A stretch of DNA of 64,000 bases from Candidatus Hodarchaeota archaeon (GTDB lineage: Archaea; Asgardarchaeota; Heimdallarchaeia; Hodarchaeales; Hodarchaeaceae). The notes beneath the pieces were generated by a model. That model saw only the letters and a program-made list of their open reading frames with translations. It was not told the DNA's origin and did not search any database. A program made the position numbers and the translations under genes. Position 1 is the first letter of the stretch; each line of letters begins with the position of its first letter. Where the stretch lies: the NCBI GenBank assembly GCA_016840035.1, contig JAEOTC010000076.1, forward strand, positions 1 through 64,000, written 5' to 3'. Below are positions 48,577 to 59,281 of this stretch, piece after piece.

Positions 48577-49826
48577 TAGGTACTTTTCCTCCTTTCAAAC
48601 TCTTCTGCAATTATATTGGCAAGATCACTTCCAATAGACTCTTTTGACCCCTTTAATTCAATGGCTTCGAGTTGATCTCTTATAACAAATATTTCATTAG
48701 ATTTAGATACAAATCCCTTATCTGATTCACCAACCCAATTTGCACAAACAAGATTGACCTGATTTTCATTTAAAAAGTGAGTAGCCCTGGATATTAACTC
48801 ATCCACACTAACTCCAACCTCTGCTTTATAAGTAACAATGAATAATGAGGGAAATTCACTTCTAATTGTTTTAACTATTTTTATAGTGGGCTTGAGCTCA
48901 ATAAACAACCCATCTTGGCGAGAGGGAATCTTTCCTTTTTGTGAGATTGGTTGATAATCCGAAACTGCAGCAACAGAAATTAATCCATCTACTTTACCAT
49001 TTGTCAGTTGTTTCCTAATCATATCATACATATCAGATGTGGATCTCACAACAGTTACAGCTGGTGGGATGAGATTACTATCTAATGTATTTCCTTCTCC
49101 CAGTATAAAGGACACTTCTGCTCCAAGATTTTGAATTGCTTTTACCACGTATAAGGCAGATAAACCACTGGAGGGATTTGATAAAAATCTCACATCATCA
49201 AAATATTCTCGAGTCGCTCCACCTGTTACAACGAACTTTTTACCTTCTAGAGGTTGAGGTTCAGTAAGTATTTCAAAAATTCGATTCATTAGTTTATCCA
49301 TAGGAGGAAATTTGTACTTTTTCTCTTCTTTATCACTTGATAGAAACTGGACATTTAATTGTTTGAGATAATCTATATTTTTCTGGGTGATTGGATTGTC
49401 AAGTAACACATTATGAGCCGCAGGTACTATCAAACAAGGAATGTCAGCTCCAATACATGCTAATGCTGTTAAAGGGACTGGCCCATCAGCTATACCTGAG
49501 GCAAGCTTAGAAATTGTATTTGCTGTAGCAGGACAGAGTAAATAAAGATCAACACGATTTTCTGGATCCACACTCCATTTAATATGTTCAGAATGTCCAG
49601 AAATTTCGGAATATGGTTCTTCTCCCATTGACCATGTTATTGAATCAGCAGTAACAAATCTTTGAGCTTCTTTCGAGAGGACAACAATCGGTTTCCCAGA
49701 ATAACGGAGTATCTCGCGTACCAGATGTGGGATTTCTATTGCTGCTATAGAACCTGTAACGCCTATTAGGATACGCTTACCTTCCAGTAGCTTGCCCTTT
49801 GTACCATAAATTTCGGCGATACTCAT
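48576..49826 (-). CDS. coaBC: Bifunctional phosphopantothenoylcysteine decarboxylase/synthetase
   Basis: GVTGSIAA; PATANTISK; TGGATRE.FD.VRFLSN.SSG; AAVSDY. Confidence 0.92.
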   Translation of the reverse strand: MSIAEIYGTKGKLLEGKRILIGVTGSIAAIEIPHLVREILRYSGKPIVVLSKEAQRFVTADSITWSMGEEPYSEISGHSEHIKWSVDPENRVDLYLLCPATANTISKLASGIADGPVPLTALACIGADIPCLIVPAAHNVLLDNPITQKNIDYLKQLNVQFLSSDKEEKKYKFPPMDKLMNRIFEILTEPQPLEGKKFVVTGGATREYFDDVRFLSNPSSGLSALYVVKAIQNLGAEVSFILGEGNTLDSNLIPPAVTVVRSTSDMYDMIRKQLTNGKVDGLISVAAVSDYQPISQKGKIPSRQDGLFIELKPTIKIVKTIRSEFPSLFIVTYKAEVGVSVDELISRATHFLNENQVNLVCANWVGESDKGFVSKSNEIFVIRDQLEAIELKGSKESIGSDLANIIAEEFERRKST

Positions 49827-50142
49827 AGTAGAGACCTTAGCTAAAGTTCAATTTCCTTGGAGCTCTATTAAAAATCTAACGGTAATTTCTTTTAAGAATC
49901 AGGGTTATGCATGGAAAATATGAATATACAAAATATACTTGCATTCTGTCATATCGTATCTACAATATATCCTAGATGAGTAAGAACAGAAACTACAACG
50001 GATTAAAAGAATACCAATTATTCACTATTATAATTCTGAGAAAAATAATGAATCCTATTAAATAAATAGTACGGACTTGTTGGTACATAGTATTTTGCTA
50101 TTATTTCAAGGATTGAAAGCTTAAATCTTAGAGACGATTTCT

Positions 50143-50970
50143 ATGACCCTTCTTCAGTTTATCGGTGAACCAATCATAACAGATCCTATTCAGGCCATCT
50201 TTGCGATTATTTTTTCATTCTTTGTTGGTATAATATCTGCTGCTTTAGGTGTTGGAGGAGGATTTATTACTACTCCCGCTTTAATAATTGGAAGAATCGA
50301 GCCACCATACGCTGTTGGCACTGCTCTTTTCATGATAATTTTTACGGCATTATCCTCAACTCTTGCTTATTCTCGTCAGGGAGGATTAATACAATATCGT
50401 TCTGGATTACTAATTGCTGTTTTTACAGTTTTAGGGTCAATAACAGGAAGTGAAATAAGCTCAATATTAGGGGTTGAAGATCCACAACTCTTTAAGATAA
50501 TTTTTGCAATTTGTTTAATTCCAGTTGCCATTAAAATGATTGCTTATCCAAAAGAGAAAAAAAAGACTTTGTTAGAAGAAGAAGTCATTTCTGGAGATTT
50601 ACTTCTGCAGGGAGAGAGAAAACGTGCGATTTCCACAATTGTACTTGGTTTAGTTGCAGGATTTTCTTCAGGATTATTAGGAATTGGTGGAGGAGTGGTT
50701 ATGGTGCCAATTCTTGTTACAGTTGGAGACATACCCATGCACAAGGCAGTGGCTACCTCTATGTTCATAATGATTTTTACAAGTATTGGTGGGGCAGGAG
50801 TTAAGCTTGCATACGGGCATACACATCCAGATTTAGCGATTTTTCTGATCATAGGTATCGTAATAGGGGCTCAGGTCGGTGCTAGAATTGTAAAACGAAT
50901 AAATACCGTTAATTTGCAAATTATATTCGGTTTCATGATGGTTATTGCTCTCGTTTCCATAGTATTATGA
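50143..50970 (+). CDS. TauE/SafE (TSUP) transporter
   Basis: Duplicated G.GGG..P and AVGT/AVATS motifs. Confidence 0.9.
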   Translation: MTLLQFIGEPIITDPIQAIFAIIFSFFVGIISAALGVGGGFITTPALIIGRIEPPYAVGTALFMIIFTALSSTLAYSRQGGLIQYRSGLLIAVFTVLGSITGSEISSILGVEDPQLFKIIFAICLIPVAIKMIAYPKEKKKTLLEEEVISGDLLLQGERKRAISTIVLGLVAGFSSGLLGIGGGVVMVPILVTVGDIPMHKAVATSMFIMIFTSIGGAGVKLAYGHTHPDLAIFLIIGIVIGAQVGARIVKRINTVNLQIIFGFMMVIALVSIVL

Positions 50971-51184
50971 AATCCTCTCATCATCTAGCGAAAACAACGG
51001 TTATTTTGTTAAGATATTAGTGGAATCATCCACTTTTTGTAGTTCTAAAAGCCTATGAATATAAAGCTGGATTGTATTCGATACCTGAGGACTGCACAAA
51101 TCCGTCTGTGTGTAGCTTCTCAATATATCCAAGAAAGTTTGTGACTTAAAAGCACAAATCAGTTTCAACTTTAGGTGTATTTTC

Positions 51185-51571
51185 ATGAAGGGTGATTCTA
51201 TTCTAGTTGTAGACGATGAAGAGGATACAGTCGAATTAGCTAGAATGGTTTTAGAGTTTGAGGGCTACAAAGTCTTTTCTGCGAACAATGGCCAAGAAGC
51301 TATTGATTTTTTGAAATCACAAGAAGAAAAGCCAAATTTAGTTTTATTAGATGTTCTTATGCCCAAAATGGACGGATTAAAAGTATGTAAATGGATAAAA
51401 GATAATCCAAATCTTAAGGATATTCCTGTCCTTTTATTCACGGCAAAAGTAGGGAATAAAGATCGAAAGGAAGGAGAGAAAGTAGGTGCTGATGCCTATA
51501 TTGCAAAACCGTTTAGTGCAGACGATTTGTTGAACCTAATTCAGACTCATATTGATAAATCCAAAGCGTAA
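51185..51571 (+). CDS. Stand-alone response-regulator receiver
   Basis: VVDD; LLDVLMP.MDG; TA; KPF. Confidence 0.92.
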   Translation: MKGDSILVVDDEEDTVELARMVLEFEGYKVFSANNGQEAIDFLKSQEEKPNLVLLDVLMPKMDGLKVCKWIKDNPNLKDIPVLLFTAKVGNKDRKEGEKVGADAYIAKPFSADDLLNLIQTHIDKSKA

Positions 51572-51587
51572 ATTGTGATAAAGTACG

Positions 51588-51911
51588 TTATTCGGAATCA
51601 CTTAGATATAAAGTGGCGGAAGGGAAGAATTCCACTAATTGCGAATTGAAATCATCTGAAAGATTGTCTAGTTGAAATGTCAAGTGTAAATTGCCATATT
51701 CATTGGTAAAGAAAAGATGAATTAACAGATTTGGGGCTTCTTTCTCTTCCAAAAAGCGAAATCGAAACTTCTCACTGATTGGATGATTCAAAATTTTGAT
51801 AAAATCTTCTCCAGAATAGGTCAGAAACAGCGTATCAGGGGTTTGTTGATGACCTGATTTAAGAGTAATTTCTTCTGGTAAATACGTAAGAAATGTATCC
51901 AAAGTAGTCAA
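51588..51911 (-). CDS. Hypothetical protein, possibly a degenerate NuoC-like domain
   Basis: LLIHLFF..LHLTF..LVEFFPSA resembles the NuoC fold; abuts the FAH gene. Confidence 0.4.
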   Translation of the reverse strand: MTTLDTFLTYLPEEITLKSGHQQTPDTLFLTYSGEDFIKILNHPISEKFRFRFLEEKEAPNLLIHLFFTNEYGNLHLTFQLDNLSDDFNSQLVEFFPSATLYLSDSE

Positions 51912-52706
51912 TTATTCGACTCCTACGGTTAAAGTTCCGATCTTTTCTATAGAAGCGTGTATTGTATCTCCGTGATTAAACTGCGCTACTCCTTCAGGTG
52001 TACCAGTAGCAATTATATCGCCCGGTTCGAGCGTGGTTATACTACTGCAGTACTCAATGATGCGGTCAACCTTGTGGATCATATTTCGCGTGTTCCCATT
52101 TTGACGTACTTTATCATTTACTTTCAACATTATAGAAAGTGAATGAGGATCCTTAATTTCGTCTGAAAAGGTAATTGCAGGACCTATTGGACAAAATGTA
52201 TCAAATCCTTTTGACACAAACCACGGATGTCTCTTTTCTTTTGCTTTCGACTGAATATCACGAGCTGTGATATCTAACAGAATTGTATATCCAAAGACAT
52301 GCTCATATGCCTCTTCTAGAGGAATATCCTTTCCATATTTCCCAATGATAATTGCTAACTCAACCTCATGGTGTACTTCTTGGGTTTGTTTAGGAATTAT
52401 GATTTTATCCCCATGTCCAATAACAGAGGAAGGCGGTTTTAAAAACAGTGGGGGAAACGGGGGTAATTCCTCAGGATCAATTCCCATCTCTAGCGCATGA
52501 GCTGAATAATTTCTTGTCAGGCAAATGATCTTTGGAGGTATATAAGGCAAGTCTAATTTCGGAACTTCAGATAACGTGATGCTCCCTGTATTTTCTAAAA
52601 GATGTTTATCTTTAATACAGGGTAATAGATTATCAATGGTAGCAAATTTTTTAATTTCAGTGTCATTCCATACTATTACCGATCCTTCACTTACTCCAAT
52701 CTTCAT
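51912..52706 (-). CDS. Fumarylacetoacetate hydrolase family protein
   Basis: KIICL.RNY..H; FLKP; HHEVEL; DITARD; KGFDTFCPIGP; TGTPEGV. Confidence 0.92.
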   Translation of the reverse strand: MKIGVSEGSVIVWNDTEIKKFATIDNLLPCIKDKHLLENTGSITLSEVPKLDLPYIPPKIICLTRNYSAHALEMGIDPEELPPFPPLFLKPPSSVIGHGDKIIIPKQTQEVHHEVELAIIIGKYGKDIPLEEAYEHVFGYTILLDITARDIQSKAKEKRHPWFVSKGFDTFCPIGPAITFSDEIKDPHSLSIMLKVNDKVRQNGNTRNMIHKVDRIIEYCSSITTLEPGDIIATGTPEGVAQFNHGDTIHASIEKIGTLTVGVE

Positions 52707-52933
52707 AAATTACCCATCCTTTTCTGTGATAACGAGTTTGAGCATTCCTGGATAGTTTTTTCCCTAGATACTTGATAGGAAGGTATTCTTCTAACTCTTA
52801 TGAATCAATTTCTGAAATTTAGATCTCTAGTCTATCATTTATTTCGGGAAGAAAATACAAGAATTCAATTAAATGGGAGTATTAACTTGAAGACCAGTGT
52901 GATAATTCTCAATGATTACGTTTTTGAGGTTGA

Positions 52934-53863
52934 ATGATGAAAATTCTTGTAACTGGAGGAGCTGGCTTTGTAGGCAGCCACTTAATAGAGGAATTATTGG
53001 TAGAAGGGCATGAAATTGTTTGTTTGGATAACTTTTCTACTGGAAAAAAGAATAATCTTAACCAATTTCAAGAACAAATAACCCTTGTTGATGGTGACAT
53101 TGTAGATACAAAGGATCTCCAAACAGCTCTTGATGGGGTTGAATCTGTCTATCATTTAGCAGCACAAATATCAGTATCTCATTCTGTTCGAGATCCATTA
53201 TTTGATGCATCCATAAATATAAACGGATTTATTAATCTGTTAAACGCTCTCCTAAAAAGTTCTGTAAAGCGAATTGTATATGTCTCTACCGGGGGAGCCA
53301 TTTATGGTGAACCTCCTAAAATTCCGGCTTCAGAAACGACACCTGAAGCACCTATTTCTCCGTATGGACTAAGCAAATTAGTTGGAGAAAAGTATCTTAG
53401 ATGGTATTCAACAAATCATGGTCTTTCCTATGCCATTATCCGTCCAGCGAATATCTATGGACCGAGACAAGATCCACTAGGAGAAGCAGGAGTAATTTCG
53501 ATCTTCTTAGGACGAATTTTGAACCAAGAACCTTTAGAAATTTTTGGTGATGGCTCTGATACTCGAGATTATGTGTATGTCAAAGATATCGCTTCTATTT
53601 GTATGGCGGCTATGGATTCGAAGAAAAATGACACATATAATGCGGGAACTGGCATTCAGATAACATTGGAGGATTTGGTAGACACAATTGGAGAAGTCAC
53701 ATCTCTTCCATATAAAAAAGAATACAAAGAACCACGACCTGGAGATGTAAAGAAAATCGCTTTGGATATTACAAAAGCGAAAACTGAACTAAATTGGACA
53801 CCAAGGATATCATTGAAGGAAGGAATTCAGTATACTTGGGATTGGTTCAAAAATGAAACCTAA
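52934..53863 (+). CDS. NAD-dependent epimerase/dehydratase (GalE-like)
   Basis: TGGAGFVG; YGLSK; NIYGPRQ; RDYVYV. Confidence 0.92.
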   Translation: MMKILVTGGAGFVGSHLIEELLVEGHEIVCLDNFSTGKKNNLNQFQEQITLVDGDIVDTKDLQTALDGVESVYHLAAQISVSHSVRDPLFDASININGFINLLNALLKSSVKRIVYVSTGGAIYGEPPKIPASETTPEAPISPYGLSKLVGEKYLRWYSTNHGLSYAIIRPANIYGPRQDPLGEAGVISIFLGRILNQEPLEIFGDGSDTRDYVYVKDIASICMAAMDSKKNDTYNAGTGIQITLEDLVDTIGEVTSLPYKKEYKEPRPGDVKKIALDITKAKTELNWTPRISLKEGIQYTWDWFKNET

Positions 53864-54867
53864 GCATTAACCAATGAGCGAATAAACCCCATTTTTTCTG
53901 TTAACCATTCTTCATTTATCTCGTCTCCACCAAACCATTTCCAAAACGATGCAACTACCCATGGATCTAATTTCACTTCCGTTCTAGGGCTTTGAGCCAC
54001 CAAGAAATAAGCTTGCCAGAGTTCCCCTATCGCAGTTTCAAATAATCGACTCGACGGAGACATTGCATCATCCACTGTTTTTGAACTCAAACTTTGGTTA
54101 AGCCGTCGTTCTGATTCATTTATTGAAACGAAAGCTGACAAGATCCACATCTCTCTATCAGTACGTAGGTGTTGCTGGTATAAACGATCTGCTAAAAGTT
54201 CCAATTCTTGACGTGCTTTGAGCAACAAATCAGGATTAAATTGTGAGATCCTCAAAAGAGAATGGAAAAAATCATAAAGAGTTACATCAGCATTTCTTAT
54301 TGAATCAAGTAAAAATGGAGCAGTTCCTAAAATAAATGCGTTTTGTGTCATTAATGGGACGCAAATTGCCTCCTCGGCAGCCTTAATTAACCAGATGAGG
54401 GCATCAGCAATCATATCTTCTTGAATACGATTTTTTACTCTATCTAACAACATCCTTGTAGTATCTTTTTTTAACTCAATAATCTCAGAGGACCAACTAA
54501 CATTATCAGCTTGGGCTTTCCACTCATCTATCTTACCTCGCGGGTCGTAAACAATATCACTTGACTGTAGGAGTCTCATAACTGTTGCTACTTGCCAGAA
54601 GGGAACATTTTTTCCTATAAGAACGTCTTCAAAAAAAGCACGAGGTGCAAACGTCAGTTTAATTTCAAGATGTGAATAATTTTCTAAATCTGTAACAGTG
54701 GTCTCTTTTAAATCACGGAGTTTCTCTTTAATTGCCCAATAAGAAATTCGAGAATCCATGAAATCATATTTGTCTTGGACTAATAATCTCCCAATCTCCT
54801 GATCTTCAGAAGTTATCCTAGCAAGTAGTAATTCTGTAATCTGGGTTATAATCTTCTGATCTACCAT
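53860..54867 (-). CDS. Hypothetical protein, possible degenerate nucleotidyltransferase fold plus helical bundle
   Basis: IVYDPRG motif followed by a helical C-terminus; no catalytic GS/DxD seen. Confidence 0.5.
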   Translation of the reverse strand: MVDQKIITQITELLLARITSEDQEIGRLLVQDKYDFMDSRISYWAIKEKLRDLKETTVTDLENYSHLEIKLTFAPRAFFEDVLIGKNVPFWQVATVMRLLQSSDIVYDPRGKIDEWKAQADNVSWSSEIIELKKDTTRMLLDRVKNRIQEDMIADALIWLIKAAEEAICVPLMTQNAFILGTAPFLLDSIRNADVTLYDFFHSLLRISQFNPDLLLKARQELELLADRLYQQHLRTDREMWILSAFVSINESERRLNQSLSSKTVDDAMSPSSRLFETAIGELWQAYFLVAQSPRTEVKLDPWVVASFWKWFGGDEINEEWLTEKMGFIRSLVNA

Positions 54868-54978
54868 GATTTTCCCTACTAATATTTCATGAGTTTCTTA
54901 GTCTACTTCTATTTCAATATGATCCTTCCCAAATTATTTTAAAAAATCATTTATCTATGTACTAATCGACGAATATAG

Positions 54979-57354
54979 GTGTACTCTATGCCCAAAGTTC
55001 CCACAATTCAATTAATGATAATTCTACTCTGTTTCCCAATTTCTATGATGATTAGCAACTCACATATTAGTGGATCTGCATTCATTTCCTCCCAAGAAGC
55101 GATTCCAAACGAAATTAATGCGGATATTACTCTAACCGTTCTAGTTGTCTTGATGGAATTATCTGATGATCCACACCATCCGACTCATACTGTTCAACAC
55201 TTTAATGACTTGTTTTTCTCTCAGGAACCATTCAGCATACGTCAATACTACCTGAATGTATCATATGGTTCTGTGGATTTAACAGGAGATGTCCTTGGGT
55301 GGTATCAAGCAGATGAACCACTCGCATATTATGGAGAGGGGACACGAATACCCCCTGGACAGGATGTAGCTCCCAACCTGCTAGCAGAAGAAGCACACAA
55401 TCGCTCAATGGAAGCGGGGAAAAACCCAAATCTGTATGATCTTTTTGTTGTTATCCATTCTGGAGATGGACAAGAATATTCGGGAAATTCTAATGACCTA
55501 TGGAGTCATCAATGGTATGTAAGTACTGAATCAGGATGGGTAGCGTACTCAATGAATCATGAATATGTCGATTATGCCACACCATCTCATGAATTAGGAC
55601 ACGCCTTGCTTTTCCCAGATTTATACGATTATCGCTTTTACGAACACACTTTTGCTGGACCTTACGGCATGATGGGCCGCGGAGATAGCCATTTTTCAAT
55701 CTGGAATAAGTATTATAGCAAACTCTCCCAAGAAAATTCCGCACAATTCCTTACTTCAGATTACAGATTACAGATTGCAGATTATTCAACGGATACATAT
55801 GCAACAGTTACTCCTATAGGTGTAGAGTCTCCCCAAGGAATTATGTGGCTAGAAGTAGGATGGAACTCAACTGGATATGCGGATCCTAATCATGGTAAAG
55901 GATGGACCATCAGCATCCGTGAAGATTTGGATTATGATAAATTACTTCCCAAATTCGGAATGGTCGTAGCAGAGATTCAAGTAGGCCCCCGAACATATAC
56001 CCAAGTTGATGCAGAATATCCTCCTTGGAACGTAATTGATGCTCATCCAGAAACGGAGGAAAACAAAGATGATGCTCCTTTTTCCCTAGCATCTGGCGAT
56101 ATTGGAACATTTGTTTCTGGTGTGGGATGGGCAGCTCAAATATTAGACACATATACCAATAAGTCTTATTACATCAGAATAACTAACGAAAGTAATATCC
56201 CCGTAGTTAGTTTACCTGACCCTGCTGAACCCATTAAAGGAGAATATGACATAACTTTTACAGTTAGCCATTTAGACGACTCCAGTATTACTTCAGCCCA
56301 AGTTTCAATTGATAATGGTCCTTGGGAAGATGCCTCACCAGATCCATTAACAACTGATGGCTTTACCTTCGTTTGGGATTCTTCTTTAGAACGAGAAGGA
56401 AGCCACTTGATTAGAGCTCGAGCAGCAGATAATGCCAGTGATCCATATATTGGCTATTCCTCATTTAGAACAGTCGAAGTCGATAATAGAAACGGCTCAA
56501 TTCTTGTAATAGATGATGATTTAGGTCGTGATGCAGAAGTATGTGTATTGGAAGCTTTAGATTCACTTGGATTCACAGAAGAATATGAAATAATGCGAAC
56601 ATCATCCTTTACTGAGGCTGAAATAACTGCAGAGGAACTTGCTAAGTATACTTCCATTTTATGGATCGGAAATCCCGAAATTTCTCCACTCAGTAACTCT
56701 CACATCAATTATAACGAATTCAAAGAAATAAAACGATATTTCAATATGGATCTTGGTGAAGATCGCTCACCTGGTATCATCTTTATGTCTTCATATACCA
56801 TCTTTGATTTTAGTAACCAAGGAGCTATATATCAAAATGAGTATATTGAAACGTTTCAAGCAGAGTCAGTAAGAAATTTTAGAGCTCCTGCTACTTTATT
56901 ACAAGGATCTCTGTTCTTAAAAGACCTTCCTCTATTTACTCTAGGTAGTTCTGAGACACTACGCGCTACTAGAGGAGCTGATGGAGAATTAGTCACCCTT
57001 CGGCCTGGAGCTACAGCGATCCTTATCGATATTGATCCTCAATTTTCTTCTTACGACACCAAGGGATTTATTGTTGATAATGGACAATACAAGTTAATCA
57101 ACTACCAATTTCAACCTGAAATGGTACCTGAAGCAATTCTACCTGAACTCTTGGAACTTTCCATGGGTTATATGAGTACTCCTGCAAATGGGACTAAGAT
57201 TACTACAACTTCCGTCCCAATACCGACAGTTATTGATCCTGTGGCTATTTTCGGGGTTGTTTCGGTCGGAGGACTGATAGGGGCGACTCTCTACATACGA
57301 TTCAAACCGAAACCTCGTAAAGGGGAGTCAATTTGGATCAAGAATAATGATTGA
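54979..57354 (+). CDS. Membrane-anchored M6 (immune inhibitor A-like) metalloprotease
   Basis: YY..VSYG; IHSGDGQE; WSH; HELGHALLFPDLYD; Ig-like region; C-terminal TM. Confidence 0.87.
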   Translation: MYSMPKVPTIQLMIILLCFPISMMISNSHISGSAFISSQEAIPNEINADITLTVLVVLMELSDDPHHPTHTVQHFNDLFFSQEPFSIRQYYLNVSYGSVDLTGDVLGWYQADEPLAYYGEGTRIPPGQDVAPNLLAEEAHNRSMEAGKNPNLYDLFVVIHSGDGQEYSGNSNDLWSHQWYVSTESGWVAYSMNHEYVDYATPSHELGHALLFPDLYDYRFYEHTFAGPYGMMGRGDSHFSIWNKYYSKLSQENSAQFLTSDYRLQIADYSTDTYATVTPIGVESPQGIMWLEVGWNSTGYADPNHGKGWTISIREDLDYDKLLPKFGMVVAEIQVGPRTYTQVDAEYPPWNVIDAHPETEENKDDAPFSLASGDIGTFVSGVGWAAQILDTYTNKSYYIRITNESNIPVVSLPDPAEPIKGEYDITFTVSHLDDSSITSAQVSIDNGPWEDASPDPLTTDGFTFVWDSSLEREGSHLIRARAADNASDPYIGYSSFRTVEVDNRNGSILVIDDDLGRDAEVCVLEALDSLGFTEEYEIMRTSSFTEAEITAEELAKYTSILWIGNPEISPLSNSHINYNEFKEIKRYFNMDLGEDRSPGIIFMSSYTIFDFSNQGAIYQNEYIETFQAESVRNFRAPATLLQGSLFLKDLPLFTLGSSETLRATRGADGELVTLRPGATAILIDIDPQFSSYDTKGFIVDNGQYKLINYQFQPEMVPEAILPELLELSMGYMSTPANGTKITTTSVPIPTVIDPVAIFGVVSVGGLIGATLYIRFKPKPRKGESIWIKNND

Positions 57355-57370
57355 GGTTATCATTTCCTGA

Positions 57371-58285
57371 TTAGGTTTCCTCTGTTACAACAGCTAACAC
57401 TATACCTACACCAATGAAAATTCCCCCGAGAATGGTGGTTAAAGGTAAGGATTGCGAAAGAAAAATAAATCCGAGGACTGAAGCCCCTGCGGCTTCACCC
57501 AATACGGTCAAAGATACAACTTGAGCAGATATCTTTTTCATTGAATAAGTGTAGAGAGCATGACCTAACAAACTTGGACCTATCGCTAGAGCAAGAAACC
57601 ACACCATATCAAACGCTGGAAAGATCCACACTTTCTCTGATAATCCAAGAGAATAGAGAAACAGAAAAATCGTACAAAACCCATTTACAAAATACGTATA
57701 AGCAATATTTGAGACCTCAAACCGAGTCCGCATTTGTTTACCAATAATGAAGTAACAAGCTACCATAATTGCACCAAATAATGCCAAGACTACTCCTTCT
57801 TGAAAGGTACCGAAAATTTGGTCTGGATCTCCACCTGTAGCTATTAGAATAATTCCAATAAAGCATAAAACCAGCCCGAACACTTGGTAGCGAGTAATTG
57901 TTTCGCGAAGTAAAACGAAAGAGAGGAAAATTACCCAAAGTGGAGAGGAATTAACAACAATAACAGAGGCTGCAACTGTAATATACTCTAAGCTTTGCAT
58001 CCATGAAAAAAAGTGGAGAGATAAGAAGAATCCTGCGAGAATGAAAAAAAACATATGATTACTGGTGAAAACGACCCGAAATTGTTCTCGTATTCCTGAG
58101 AAAAGTAATAATGGTGTAAGAAGGATAACAACCAGAAATAATCTCCAAAACGCAATAAGAATGGGAGGAGATTCACATTTCACGATAAAAATCGAAGCTC
58201 CAGAAACTGCAATAGTAGCAATTATCAACGCTAAATATTCGTATCTAATTGGAAAATTGGTTTTAAATTGGGATTGTTCTTTCAT
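57371..58285 (-). CDS. EamA/DMT transporter
   Basis: IAFWRL; LHF.SW..SL.Y; LGHALY; start placed at ATG 58285. Confidence 0.87.
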   Translation of the reverse strand: MKEQSQFKTNFPIRYEYLALIIATIAVSGASIFIVKCESPPILIAFWRLFLVVILLTPLLLFSGIREQFRVVFTSNHMFFFILAGFFLSLHFFSWMQSLEYITVAASVIVVNSSPLWVIFLSFVLLRETITRYQVFGLVLCFIGIILIATGGDPDQIFGTFQEGVVLALFGAIMVACYFIIGKQMRTRFEVSNIAYTYFVNGFCTIFLFLYSLGLSEKVWIFPAFDMVWFLALAIGPSLLGHALYTYSMKKISAQVVSLTVLGEAAGASVLGFIFLSQSLPLTTILGGIFIGVGIVLAVVTEET

Positions 58286-58367
58286 TATCTGATTGTAGCG
58301 AATAAACACTAATAACTCTTCTGGAGGATGGGAGTTAAAGGTATTTAATACCTCCAGGAGTTGAATC

Positions 58368-59243
58368 ATGGTATCAGTCGATGAAAATATACTACCCCGA
58401 ATTGGAGCGCATAAATCTATTGCAAAAGGAGTAGATCAGGCAATTGATCGTGGATTAAAAAGCACGTGCGAATGCCTTCAAATATTCACCCGTCCACCAA
58501 GACGTTGGGAACCTGGGAAGACAGCTCTTAATGAAAATCGAGTGAGAGCTTTTATTCATAAAGCCAAGGAGGCTAATTATTATGATACAGCAATCCATAT
58601 GCCATACCTTCCTAATCTCTCCTCTCCAGACGATGATCTATATTTCAAATCAATCAAAGTCCTCCAAGAGGAAATTACTAAATCTGATCTTCTAAAAGCA
58701 CCATACGTGATAACACATCTTGGGAGCCCTAAGGAAGAAACACGAGAATTTGCTGTTAAAAGAGTTGCTGGGGCGATAGATAAAGCTATGGAAGTCCGAA
58801 ATAGTTCTACTATGGTCCTATTGGAAAATTCGACGGCAAAAAGAAGAAAATGGGGAAAATCTGTCGACGATATTGTTGAAGTTATCAACACAGTTAAAGA
58901 ACCTCAGCATGTAGGTATTTGTTTTGACACCGCTCATGCTTACGCTTCTGGATACGATATTTCGAGACCTGAAGTACTGCACGAGGTATTCGACACAATA
59001 GACTCACTTTTAGGAAAAGAAAAGGTACGAGTTATTCATTTAAATGATTCAAAAGGACAATTGAACTCAGGAATTGATCACCATGAACACATAGGAAAGG
59101 GAAACATTGGAATTCAATGTTTTCAGGAATTAATGCAACATGCTAGATTTAAGAAGATTTCAATGATCCTAGAAACTCCGAAAGATGACCACATCAATGA
59201 TAAAACTAATCTCGATCTACTTAGAAGGCTCAGAAAAAGATAA
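58368..59243 (+). CDS. nfo: Endonuclease IV
   Basis: IGAH.S; QIF; H.PY..NL; LLEN; CFDTAH; HLNDS; DHHEHIG.G; ILETP. Confidence 0.94.
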   Translation: MVSVDENILPRIGAHKSIAKGVDQAIDRGLKSTCECLQIFTRPPRRWEPGKTALNENRVRAFIHKAKEANYYDTAIHMPYLPNLSSPDDDLYFKSIKVLQEEITKSDLLKAPYVITHLGSPKEETREFAVKRVAGAIDKAMEVRNSSTMVLLENSTAKRRKWGKSVDDIVEVINTVKEPQHVGICFDTAHAYASGYDISRPEVLHEVFDTIDSLLGKEKVRVIHLNDSKGQLNSGIDHHEHIGKGNIGIQCFQELMQHARFKKISMILETPKDDHINDKTNLDLLRRLRKR

Positions 59244-59281
59244 ATCTCAAGTCGATTCTCCTAAATTGAGGTGACAATCAA

